A stretch of DNA of 64,000 bases from assembly GCF_021869535.1 (NCBI RefSeq), contig NW_026262690.1:108996001-109060000 (forward strand). Direction: 5' to 3'. Each line of letters begins with the position of its first letter. Positions within the stretch are counted from its first letter, which is position 1. The translations under genes and the position numbers were made by a program. This DNA is from Mytilus californianus. Its lineage: Eukaryota. This document shows positions 25,951-38,820 of the stretch, in pieces. Below the pieces are notes generated by a model that had not been told where the DNA came from, made no database searches, and saw nothing but the letters and a program-made list of their open reading frames with translations.

Positions 25951-27135
25951 TGATATTTGTCCCAATTTCACATAATGTTATATATATAAATGTGAAAATG
26001 TTGCATGATATCTAGTGATACAACTATTCATGGAAACCAAATGCATTGAGGTAAATTAAGGCGGCAGTTGTTTACCGACTTTTTTAATTTCTCTTAGAAC
26101 TTAGTTTTTCTGTAAATACTATTTTACCGATGTTACTTTACAAAACGTTACGACAAAAGAGATGAGTTCAGCTTCACAATTGTGTACTTCTCATTTCTAT
26201 GTAGTATTTGGCGGTACCGAAATCCTTAATTTTTCAGTCGGACGACCCTGTTACCATGTGCTTATCATCAACAGAACAGACATGACATGTAACATGTTCA
26301 GCGTTGTTAATGAATGTGACAATCGACTCATCTTCCAACGCTACAACTTTCACACAAAAAAATGTTTTTAAATATGATATCACTACTTTATAGCTGTGGT
26401 TTGCGTTAATAAATATTTCATTCATCAAAGTTGTACGATATTCATAATTAAGAATTCAAATTAAAGCATTTTTTTAAAAGAAAGGCAATTGATTTTTCTT
26501 TCGTACTAAATACTAGTTCATATTTGCGTATGCATTTGTAGAATTTAATTAAATTTTAAAATTAGAAGTAATGCATGCAACGTTCATTGCAATCATGAAT
26601 GTTTAAAAAAGATAGAAAAATAACAATCAAAAGTTCAGGCAAGGGCAAACCAAAAGATGTTTGAAAATATAAACACATGATGAGAAAGGGCCAAATAAGA
26701 CATCAACGTACAAAAATAGAAAAAAAAATAATCTTTTTTTGTCATAACTTTTGTATAGCTTTTAATTTTGCTGTCATAAACTAATTCTCAAAATCTAGAA
26801 TAAGACATTTATTGAACATTTTTTGTATTAAAAGTATGTTCCCTGAATAAAATGTCTGCCGTATTACAAAATAATTCGTGAATATCTAATACAACAGCTT
26901 TGTCAATTTTACGTTATATCAACTTAAATGGTATTAAGACAGATCTTTACAATGGGTATGTACTTTGTTGGAGCCATTAACTGTAATTCATAATAATTTA
27001 ATTTTGGATGTAACACGTCTTCTGATTGGCTGAAAGTGTTTTGTCTATCAGCTCATAGACATAATTTTGTCATGTGACCGCGACGTCATCAACGTTTTAA
27101 TTATGATTTACTCCTTTTTAAAATTAAATTATAAG

Positions 27136-27282
27136 AAATGACTTAAATATTTTTTCTGTCTATTCGAAATAACATAAAAAATGTGGTGCACACTTTGAAA
27201 TAACACGCACCGCTGGTTATTCAGTGTGCACCATATTTTTTATGTTATTTCTTCATAGACAGAAAAAATATTACAGTCATTC
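27136..27282. repeat. Fold-back inverted repeat (~65-bp arms), terminal part of a larger element starting near 26990
   Basis: AATATTTTTTCTGTCTAT...GGTGCACACT versus AGTGTGCACC...ATAGACAGAAAAAATATT. Confidence 0.85.
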
Positions 27283-30200
27283 CTTAAGAAATAAAAGAAG
27301 ACATTTCCTTTAAATGTGGCTAGATTGGTACAATTAGAAATACCTACAAACTTGACAAAGGCAATCGCCGAAACTTACATATATGCTGTCAAGGAGAACG
27401 TCTGAATCTTTAATTATATCATCACTCTTTTCGTTAGTATATGTAGTATATTTACATTTGTTATCATTACGGAAAGATACTTTATATGAGTTGTAGAAAC
27501 AACTAGTTGGTTTTCTGATTTTTCCAAAGAACCATTTATATATAAACAAAAACAAAAGAAAACAATAATTTCATAAGATTGTGTGAAAGTGATGTGAAGA
27601 GAACCAAAATTAAATTCGCCATATTAAGAACAAATTTTATTCAAAACAATTAAACAGTTTTTTTTACATTAAAAAAATTATGAGTTCAAAGACCTTCACA
27701 ATAATAAACTTTATTTCAAATGTTGTTTTTAACAACAGAATTAAATACTTATTTCAATTTTACTTGTTACAAATTTAAATGTTATTTTTAAGATGTTTGA
27801 TAGTATTAATGGAACTTTATAAAATCACTGGACGATTAAATTGCAGCAAACGAATTAGAAGCCAACATCAGTCAACCGTCTTTAACCGTCTTTACCCGAC
27901 TTTGCACACCAGACACAGGTCTGGAACTACCACTGAAATGTAATAATACTACTGGATATTGGCTTTTAGATTTAAATGAATGTTATTTATATTGCACGAT
28001 ATTTAGCTATAACTATATTCTTTTTGGAGTTTTTTCTAAAATCCGTAAATTGACACCAATAATAAAATTGGGGAATCGAAAATGGAGACTGTGTCAAAGA
28101 GACAACAACCCGACCAAAGAGCAGAACGAAGCCCAAGGGAACCAATGGGTCTTCAACACAGCAACAAAATCCCGCACCCGGAGACGGGCATCAGCTTACC
28201 CTTAACTCAAATGTGTACTAGTTCAGGGAAAAATGGACGTCAAACTAAACTCCCAAATATATAAATGACCGTTTCAGATCAAAACTGGTCTAGTCTTTAG
28301 TATGGCAAAGTGTTGACATTTTTTTCTCGTTACTCGTTAAATGTGAGCCGAGAAGTATGTAGCCTAGCAGTATCCTGTTGATATACACAATCGTTTTTTC
28401 AAATCATAAACGGGATCACGAAAGTGCGTTAAATGTTAGTATAATAACGTTGGACATTTAGAGTATAGAGTAACACAACACAATGAACTTATTTCAGCGT
28501 AGGACTCATCCCAAAACCATCAAACTGATACAATCGAATCTATCAACTAGCATAGCCGTCCAAACATAATTCTCCAGGACGTTTCCAGCTTCGATGTCGG
28601 TCATCTGCAAGTTTTAGTGTAAACCGAGATCCGTCCTCCAGTTTTGGAGCAAATGCTTATTTGTCTAGGCAAATCAATGTCTCTTATGATGTACAGTATG
28701 TTCCATGTCCTTATTTGGTCTTCTTGATCACAGACCATACCTTTTGGTATACCTGATGTTAACGTATTGTTTGGTGGAAAACACGGACTCTTACTACTTT
28801 CAGCAACCTGTTTGAAATTCTCATTAAAGGTAGGAAGCGGGCAAATCTTGATATGAGTCTTAAAAAACGTTTGTCGCAAGGGGGTAAGTGCTAAAGGCAT
28901 TGTCCATCTTTTCCTAGCAATAACCAAACATGAAGTCCTGTAACGTTCCGATCACCTCCTGATTGTATTCATGTGAAAGCGAAAAGCTACTGCAACGTGA
29001 CTTACACTTACACTGATACTAATATTTAATATAAATATTCTTATTCAATTCTATTTTTACTCAGTAAACATATATATTTATGTATATATTTCTATATTGT
29101 TATTAAGTGTGGTAAGCTCATTACACGCCTTTAGTCCAGTCGATTTGTATAGATTTTAAGCAAAATTGCTCAGATATTACTGCATTATAGTAGTATAAAA
29201 CATGGAAAACATTTTCAGCTATGGACCCACTCTGAAAGTCGATATTGGCGTGAAAGGCGGCCATTTTTAAGATGGCGGACGTTTGATTTCTATGAACTAC
29301 TTTAATAATTCATGAAAATTATATTAGTAAAGATACTGACATGATACCTGGTAAAAAGAGTGACAGTGCTTACACCAATTGCCTTGTTGAACACAATTTA
29401 TCAATTTGTTACTCATATTGAATGGCGGCCATCTTGAAAACGCTTGAAATTCAAAGTTAAGCCAAAATAGGTAGATCTCCAAGTTCATAATTCGATGTAA
29501 ATAAATCATTTGGTTGATATTGTTTATCTGGAAACAACTTTCAAAAAACCTCTATGACACATTATGAGTATCATATCATACAAGTATTGTCATAAGGATA
29601 TCATCTGCTCAAATGTTCTCAAATGACGTTAAAACTATCACACAATTAAAGAGTTGTACATGTTTTGTCAAACCAGACAATATCTGTCTTTGTCTATTAT
29701 ATCATATCACATTATCCTCCACATTTAAACAGAGAAGTACAACTTAATTCTGCCTTTAAACATTTGCATCGTCCTCTGCAACCGTTTAAACTTATACATT
29801 CATATCTTATCAATTTAGCGCAGCGATGCCTAGAAAGGTTCCCATATAGACCAGACGTTTTGTGAAACAATTATTCAGATGCTTGTTATAGCTTCAAACT
29901 TTGCAGAGTTTTAGTTAAGGGTCAAAGCAAACATTTATAGCTATGAATATATTTCAGAAAATCAATAACGGTCTGATTTTGGCCGCCAGGAAATTGATAG
30001 AAAAAATGTTTTAAAAAATTATGAAAAATAAATGGCTGTACCAATTTTGATGGTGTATTCATCACAGATGACAAGGACTATCATCTGAAGACTTCAGATA
30101 TTGAAGTTCGAGTAGGCATCTTAAATGGTGGCCATTTTGAAAACAAGAACTTCCAATATATCATTATTCGTTATTTTTATTAATTTGCTATTAGTATTTA

Positions 30201-31793
30201 TACTAATTTTTATGCATTTACAAACAACTAGTCAAGTAAAATCATTGATTTTTGTTGATGTGGTTCATAAGTGTTTCTCGTTTCTCGTTTTTTATATAGA
30301 TTAGATCGTTGGTTTTACACCAGTTATTGGTACTCATATCACATCTTCTTATATTTATTTTATGACTGTTGCTGTTTATATTGGATATTTACCAAGTCCT
30401 CAAATAAAGCAGGCAAATGTTTACGAAATAGAGGTATCCGATTCAAAATTTCTCGGTAGAAACAATCTACATGGTATTTTTTTAAATATTTTGTTTTTTC
30501 CATAAACAAGCACCTTGAATGAAAAAGAGCAGCAAAGTTTAATGAGATAGAGTCTACAACACAAAGGAACTTATTCTAAAAATAATGTCCTATGTTTCTA
30601 TTGCAGCTAGGATTTTGGGATTCTTTATATTGCTTAACTCTTAAATTCAAAAGGACGATGTATAATAAGTGCAGTATTTGGTCCCTTTATTAGTTCAAAA
30701 AATTATTAACAATATCTGTGCAAAAAACAAAGTTTTGTATTTTGTGAAGATAAAATAATTAGTCAAGTGAATTCAGAAAATCGATTATAAATGATTCTAT
30801 GAATATACCATGAATCGGTGTCTATACGGAATTCAGACTTTTCGTACTCTACTATCATTGATTAAAATATGAGCGCAGCACGTATTATTTTTACATATGC
30901 TTAAGTATTTACATTAAATAAAATTCTCATAAATGTTCTCATATATAAATCTTAATAAATCATCATGCTCAGTCGTTGAATTTTGCGTGCGGTAATTTTT
31001 TGTCTGACAACTTTCGGATTTTCGATGACAGGGAAGTTGGATTTCACTAAGGACACCATATGATGGTGATATGTAGTAATATATGAAAATAAAAAGGTAA
31101 ACGTGATACTTATTCATCCAAAAACTATTACTTTGACAAATTGTGACTTGGATAGAGAGTTGTCTCATTGGCACTCATACCACATCTTCTTATATCTATA
31201 TATCATGAATCTCATATGGGATAATGCACGTGTTCATTAAATAGTTCCATAAAAAAAGAATCATAAATTCACTAATCATCGTTCATGTTCAGAGTAGACG
31301 TAATATATTAGCTCTCAATTTAAAAGCATAAAAAAATTATAGAATTGTCAATGTGATTCGTCCAAAAAATTGAGATATATCATAAATTTAGTGTTGGAAT
31401 ACGCATGTGTTCCCAACATAGTTCCAAACCAAAGTAGTATAAATTCAAGAATACAACGCCTTTCTTGTCCAGAGCAGTCGTTATATGTAAGTTCTCCATT
31501 TCAAAGCATACATTTATTGCCTACTCAGATAAATCGTTAGCGTTTCCCTATGTAGAAGTTGCAATGCAACTGAAAATCCAGATGGTCAATCATCGGGTTT
31601 TTAAAAAAACCTTATTCTACCATCTACATTTGTACATAATAAAATCTAAATATGATTATTTCCTCTTGCGATACGTATACAAAATAGGCATAGTATTACA
31701 GGAAGACTTTTATAAAAGTTTTTTGAGAGCAAATATATTTTAAAAGAAGTAAAGACACAACATGATAAATTGTTTGACATTTTTAGGCAATGT

Positions 31794-32053
31794 GGGGACC
31801 TCGGTGGCTTGGTGGTCTAAGTAGTTCAACTACTGTAATCACTAGCCAGTCAACCCTGCTATTGTGAGTTCGAATCCCGCTCGTGCGGGACCACTTAACT
31901 CGACCAATTTTAATTGATTAGGATTGTCAGTTTTCCTACTGAGGGTCGGTGTTTTTCTCCGGGTAGTCCGTCTTCTTCACGAAAAAAAAAATGACCGCCA
32001 TGAAATAACACGATAGTTTTGAAAGTGGCGTTAAACACCAACCAATCAGTCAA
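31794..32053 (+). mobile_element. tRNA-derived SINE with conserved central domain (RUDI/Meta-SINE-like)
   Basis: A box TGGCTTGGTGG (31805-15), B box GTTCGAATCC (31868-77), core GGTCGGTGTTTTTCTCCGGGTAGTCCG, tail GAAAGTGGCGTTAAACACC. Confidence 0.75.
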
Positions 32054-33356
32054 ATAATAATGCAATGGGAAGAAGGAGATAGGGCAGTTAAGTTCTACAA
32101 ACATAAAAAAATAATGTATAATCTAAAGCTACTCGAAATCCATCTTTTTCCTCGAGATTGTGTTTATAGTCATTGATTTCTATCATGACAACTGCTCGAC
32201 CACCATCTGATCATGATGTTTTTTTTTTTATGTTTCTGTTTTTATTTTTATTTTGCTGTGATGTTTTCAGTTTTTTTTTTCAAAATTATCAGAATGTTCT
32301 CTTGATTTCTTTTATCTCTTTTGTTTACAAGAGCTTCAATCTTATTTTTTTTCAATATTATATCATTTAGATTTCTATATATTCATGTAGTAATGCTTTT
32401 TTATCTGCAGAAGTCTTACAACGTGTGGCCTCGTTTTACAACACACAGCTTAGACACAATTTCAGTGACGTATACTTTTGATTAAATGTCTGTAACTGCA
32501 CGATATATATGAACTACGTTTTTGCAAAGAAAGAAAAAAAAACCAACCATATCACCGTTTGTATATATCCCATACTACATATAGTGCGGTGACTGAAGGC
32601 AGAATTTTTGGTATTTAATCTCCCCACCAAACACCTTGGGGGGGGGGGTTCCACTTCCTATATACAAGGTGATAGGACGTGCTGCTGGAATAGGTCACCT
32701 TTTCAAAAAATATTGGAAAAGGTTACATTTTTACCTACGCAATATATGAAAAGGTATACATTTTAAAAATCTAAAATATATGAAAAGGGTGGGGTAACAG
32801 AACCCCAGCGGCACCCCTATCAATTCAGTATCCTTTTTCTAATCTCTACCTAAATACAAACGCTACTGTTTTGGCGATAGCAATGTTTGTTTGAATACAT
32901 AAACCTCAATCATAAATATTTTTATACCAAAAAAATCCCAAAACGACGTTTTAAAAACAAAACTTCAAAAATCCAGTTTTCAAACCATAAAATGTTTAGC
33001 ATGTTTAGGTCAGCTTAACCTTATAAATTATTTTAATTTCTGGTAAAAATCAAGTGTCATGAAGGACAATACTTCAAAATTATTTTTTAAACAAGCATAT
33101 TGGGTGAGGTATGAAGCCAGTAGCAAAAGAACACTACAGTCAAATATGACCTAAAATTTAATTTGCGGATACTTCTTTTGTTTATTGACTACTCGTTTCT
33201 TCAGGGTTTTTTTTCACAATTATTGCTGCTTCCATAGTATTATCTACTGTTGTGTATATTTTTCAGGTTAGATGTCTATCACATGATCGGTTTTACACCT
33301 ATATCCCCCTTTTTTTCCCCTTGCAATGTACCATATACTTCAAAAGGTATTCAATA

Positions 33357-33645
33357 TAAAGATAAGAAGATGTGGTATGATTGCCAATGAGACAACTCTC
33401 CACAAGAGACCAACTGACACAGAAATTAACATCTTTATGTCACCGTTTGGCTTTCAAAAATGAGAAAAAGCAATACCGCATAGGCTGCTCGTAAAGTCCC
33501 CGAAATGACAAATGTTAAACAATTCGAACGAAAAATCTAACGGCCTAATTTACTATTAAATAATGCACTAAACAAATATGATATACAGAAACAAACGACA
33601 ACCACTGAATAACAGGATCCTGACTTGGGACAGGCACATGCAGAA
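33357..33645. repeat. Dispersed repeat family 3 (AGAAGATGTGGTATGATTGCCAATGAGACAACT...)
   Basis: Related copies at about 1312-1680 and 11750-11860, and inverted at about 16540-16875, 30250-30360, 31130-31200, 57130-58320, 59640-59760 and 62750-63110. Confidence 0.85.
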
Positions 33646-33660
33646 TGCAGAGTGTGTTTT

Positions 33661-35600
33661 TTCCCATACAATTGTTTGTCAAATGTCTGAATAGCATGAT
33701 CTTGTCCAAAAGACTTGGTCATGTCAAAGCATTTTTATGATAGTATATACTGTTGACAATAACTTGGTGGCTTCAAATCAATAATGGGTTGGTATGAAAC
33801 AACTGAAAATTATGGACTGACATCTGAATGAGTGCTATTGTACCCACTCCAGAAAGGAAGTTAGGGAGTGTTAGATGGTAGTGCAAAAGGTAGTTAAAAA
33901 ATACCTCTAGATAAAGATCTCACTATAACATATCCTGTGAATTTGTTCTTTCTGAAGCACAAAATGATGTTTTTCCATATGCATTATGAACTCTGGGTGA
34001 TTCTGTTTGCAATTTGGGTTTTGGAAAACAACACAATTCATAATGGACATGACATCCTCGGTCAGTGTCACAGATCTCTCGTTATCTTTTTTTTTTTCAG
34101 CTTAACCGGTTCAATAGAAGATTCATTCGTATTACTGACTTGAAAACTTCCAATGTCATTTAATGAAAGGTGTTTTTTCATCTATTGTTTCCGTATTCGA
34201 ATCAATGTTATCAGCACCTTCTTTCAAAAGACTCCACCCCACCAGAGAAACATTATACGAGACGTACATAGCATCTTGAATTCGCTCAATACTTGTTAGA
34301 TAGAGTCGCACTTCTCTGTACAAAGCACAAAATTCATTGGCATTTACTGTTTCAACAAGGTGTTTCGAACCAAACTCATGATACATTTGTAAAGCAAATC
34401 TTAAATGTAAAGCAGTAAAACTGTTTTTGGTCACAGAAACAATTGACTCAACAATTGCCAAGTATTTGTGCAATTTCTCTGGTGCCATTTCCTGATTATA
34501 GAACTGGCTGTATGCAGTATCATCCACTAACCATGAAATGAATTGCAATAAAGACGAAGGCATAGAATGAAATGAAGAAGGGAGAGACAATTCATCAGAA
34601 GTTGGGTTTTCTTCTGTGGAAATCTGTAAAGTGTCGATGTCTTTTCTTAGTATAGTTGCAGCGGAATGCAATATATGTTCCTTATTTGTGTCTATTACTG
34701 TTGACATTGATGTCTGCATCTCAGAAATTTTTAGGTCAGCATTTAATTGACTATCCCCAATAGTTATGTTTCTACTGAATATTATGTTAGATTTACCTTG
34801 ACATTGTTGTTGTTGTATGACAACTGAGTCTCTATGCAGTTTCCAAATAGAATATTTTCACTTAGAGTCAGTAGGAAAGAAAGATCTATATATTAATCAA
34901 GTAACGTTGTCACGAGGAATTATTTTTTTTCAAAATAAAATCTTTGTCAATAGCCGATATATCAATAGTAAAAGAATTATCGTGATCTGTGATTTCTGCT
35001 TCCAGGGAGTCAGATTTTTTTGTTTTTGTTTTTGTTTTTAGCAAATATTTTGTAATGCTATCAGAAATATATAGTGCATGAAGTTTAAAAGATGGATGAC
35101 AAACTATTTCTACTTTCAAATTATCGTCATTGCTTTCTGCCACGGCTAAAAATACTCTTAATACGCCCATCTGATTCAAACTTGCAGAGATTCAGATCTT
35201 TCTTAAATGTTTTGTTACAACAAATTATACAAGAACTCTAGTCGAATCTCTGACTTCTAGAACGCGTACAAACACCCGAATCTTGGGAAACACCAGTACG
35301 ATGATTGTCTGTCGTCAGGTTATAATCTTTCTCACTCTTAAAGGGAGACAATTATTATTACTGTAGCATGAACGTTGGTATACTGCCTGCATTTTTTTAA
35401 ATTCAAAACTATCAAATGAAACAAATTCATCTATAACCTTGATGTACACCTCATCCAATCGTTTGTGCATTGAAGATACAAAAGTCGACTTCCCTTCTCT
35501 AGAAAATTGACTCAAACTTTCAGCGGATGTTTTTGGCATATTATGCAATGCATGGAATTAACAACGTTCGTCTTTTCTTTGGACTTGAAGGAGCAAGTTT
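33661..35600 (-). pseudogene. Degenerate large transposase-like ORF (superfamily unassigned)
   Basis: Broken frames give YQRSCY, LHLRFALQMYHEFGSKHLVE, GADNIDSNTETIDEK/NTFH, PFWSGYN, SYQPIID and HAIQTFDKQLY, motifs in the order seen in a widespread invertebrate transposon-like protein family; stops and frameshifts; cut at about 33660 by a dispersed repeat. Confidence 0.65.
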
Positions 35601-36510
35601 CAACGGACTTGATGAATTGTAAATGTTGCGGAATTTTAACTGAAACTATCTGTCAATTATTTTGATTTTCCACAATAAGACTTTTCCGATAAAGAGAATT
35701 TGACGGTTTATAGCAAATAAAATAAAATATGAACATATATATACAAACTTTGTACATATATTAGTGCACTTAATTGAAAATATTTGTATATGATAGCGAA
35801 AAGGGTAGTAATTTCATATAGTAGTTGAGTTTAATAATACACAAAATGTAAATTTTTTACCAATACAATCAGGGCACCAAGTTAGTGAACGCTCAAACCT
35901 TGACATTAGTAATTAAAAGACGGACCCTTTTTTGTCGTGGAGGTCCCCTTATTTTAAAATAATGCCATTTGATAAGCATATATCCATATTATGGAACCAT
36001 AACAAGTTAAAAACATAGAAGTATCAGAATGAGATATGGGAATAATGCTAGACAGGAAACAATAATACAGGAATTAGAACAGTAAAATTTAAGGTCTTGT
36101 GTAGCCGTTCATCATAGATTGTACATTTGTTTACTAATATCGCACAAAAATTATAAATGTCGTATATTATTGAATAGTAGACCTTTTAATTAGTAATCAT
36201 CTATTTTTAGGTCAGGACGATGATTTGCATTCAGTCCAAAAGTCCAATACCTACTCGTCCCATGAAATACATTAATGTGTATATCTTATTTTTTGTTTGG
36301 GATCGCTTTTTATAACAATGCTGTACTTTTCAATTACTTCTTATGTGTTGCATGTAACAAAGACATGTGGATAGCTTAGTTCAATATATATAATTCATTT
36401 GTTAAAACAAAGACACATTTATTCATCAGAAAAGTTAATGTCTATCAAAAATAAACCCACAGCACCATCAGTAAACACAAGTATTGTTTTCCCTAGAACG
36501 GTTAACGCAT

Positions 36511-36693
36511 GTTGATCAATCAGAGTACCGATATGATAGAATTATTAGTTGGTCAGTTCATTGTACTGACATTGATCAGGCAGTGTATCGATATGATAGA
36601 GTTAATAGTTGGTCAGTTCATTGTACTGACGTTTATCAAGCAGTGTATCGATATGATAGAGTTAATAGTTGGTCAGTTCATTGTACTGACGTT
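36511..36693. repeat. 60-bp minisatellite, 3 copies
   Basis: ...CGATATGATAGAGTTAATAGTTGGTCAGTTCATTGTACTGAC recurs at exactly 60-bp period. Confidence 0.95.
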
Positions 36694-38820
36694 GAAAATT
36701 ATTTTTGTGTTAAAATCGGAGTTATAACTATGATCATTGTTTATGTATTTTGGCAAGCATTTCAAAAATCCAGGTCCAATCTTTAATGCAGGGCCCTAAA
36801 TAATAAAAATAACATACCATTGCTGTTGTCAAGATATATTTCACTTAAATGGCATTCTGAAGCTAAGTTACAAATTTGACTCAGTGATTTCCTTTTTCTG
36901 AAATTAAACCGTGCATAAATGAAATAAAAAAAAAAAGATGTACTTTGCGATAATTGGTCCTTTTAGATATTGATGTTTACAACAGGAAGTTTATTAAAAT
37001 TTAATGATATATATAAATATCATTCCAATATTTATCTAGAAGAGATAATAAAAATGTAGATCAAGCAATCTGTGTGAAATACAAACCATCTGTATTTTGC
37101 GGCAGATACACAGTTTTTATATACAACGTTTGTCCTAAACATAATCTATGACATAAACAATATCTAATTAAAATACGATATAGGGTCAACGATATGCTTA
37201 ACAGATATGACGGCACTCCATGCTACATTTTGTTCCGATTATAATTACCAAAATTGTCTATCTTTTCCCACAAAATGTGTATCGTTACGACAATCAGAAG
37301 ATTCCGAAAGGTATAACAAAAAAATGTATAGATGCCTGTTATCCTTAAATATGTGCTCCACTGCAAATTGTTGATACTCAATTCATGTTATCATCCTACT
37401 CAGTGAACCATTCAGTTAGGAAATATTCCAATTTTGAAACTCTTGGTCTTAAATACATCACTTTCTTGACAAAATGTATAATTGTAATTTCATTATATTG
37501 TCAGCTCATTTTCGTAGACAAAAGTGACCATATGGGTCTTATCTAATGCTATCTCTTAAAATTATTGCTGAGGAATTTTGTAAAAAGCGTTAAAAATTAC
37601 ACACAGATTGACATTCGAAAGCTTAAAATGGGCATTACTAATAATATTACGCTGCTGCCAGCATCTTTAAAGTTATTGATGTGGCAGCCTCTTTGTGAAA
37701 TTTGCCTGATTTGTTATATGAATTGATATTTAAATTATAACAGTCTTCCGTAAATATTTGTTTTAGCTATTCCTTTCATGATTTGAACTCCTGCTTGCCA
37801 GAATGATATCCTCTCAGTGACAAGTATTAAATTAGCTACTATAAAATATATAAATTCGCTTAATTTTAATATCTTGTTCAAATTTAGAATGCAACTCTTC
37901 CAAACTTGTTAAAAACTAAATAATGCAATTCGTCTGATATCATGTCCATTGCCTATTTACTATTTCAATATTAAATTTGACATACAAGAGTTTTAGTGTT
38001 CATGCTAAATGTTAATGCCATATCTACTTTAAATCTATTTGATGGGTCCTGATTAAGTAATTATTATTCGATACCACGCTCCATGCTCATTTTGAAGGTT
38101 GCATTTTGTAAACAACTGATTCACAAACACGCCTCTTCTGAGGAGATGTTTCTTATACATAGATATTTTATTTTGCTTTGTTTCACTCTCCATATATCAT
38201 ATCATAGAGCCACAGCTTACTAAAGACAGTTGGATAGCGGTCAAAATGAATTTTAGGACAGTTGAAAGATTGGGAATTTTATAATCTTGAATGCAGATAT
38301 GATTTATTAATAAACTTTACATTGATAGTACTTTGAACTGCTTTTGATTTATTATGAAAGTAATGTGATGCAGGTTATATGCATTTCATATCAGAAAACA
38401 TGCACATAGGGTAGGCATACAATAATTAAAGTATTGTTTTCAAATTAGAAATGAATATGAAATAAAGATGAGCGTAGAAAATGTACTGTAAAAACAAAGT
38501 TTAAGGATAACCAGTGATACCTTTTAGGCTATAATTCTTATAAATAAGTATTGTTTCCATTCTGGAATGTTATTTTTTTTATCACACTTCAAGGTGAAAG
38601 TGACACATTTGTAGCCGTAAAAGGAGTTCCAATGAGAAATTACATTGTCAATTTTTGCAAAAATGCAACCTATAATTGGTATGCTTTATATTTGTCAATA
38701 TTTCTATCTTTGAAATCTTTACAAATTGAATGTTAAAATAAAATAGAACGTTGCGTTATATAATCAATTCGATTGAAATGGGAAAATTAAGAACTTTGGT
38801 ACTTTTGAAGCGGACCTATA

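Noticed and set aside
26255-26340. Signal-peptide-like frame MSRLSHSLTTLNMLHVMSVLLMIST as first exon of a separate gene B
   Set aside because: No LRR-NT or LRR exons found between it and exon B; hydrophobic frames are common in T-rich DNA.
31794-31885. tRNA gene
   Set aside because: A and B boxes are present but there is no cloverleaf; it continues into a SINE body.
21650-36693. CRISPR-like arrays (29-30-bp and 60-bp repeats)
   Set aside because: Head-to-tail repeats without unique spacers, no cas genes, eukaryotic context.
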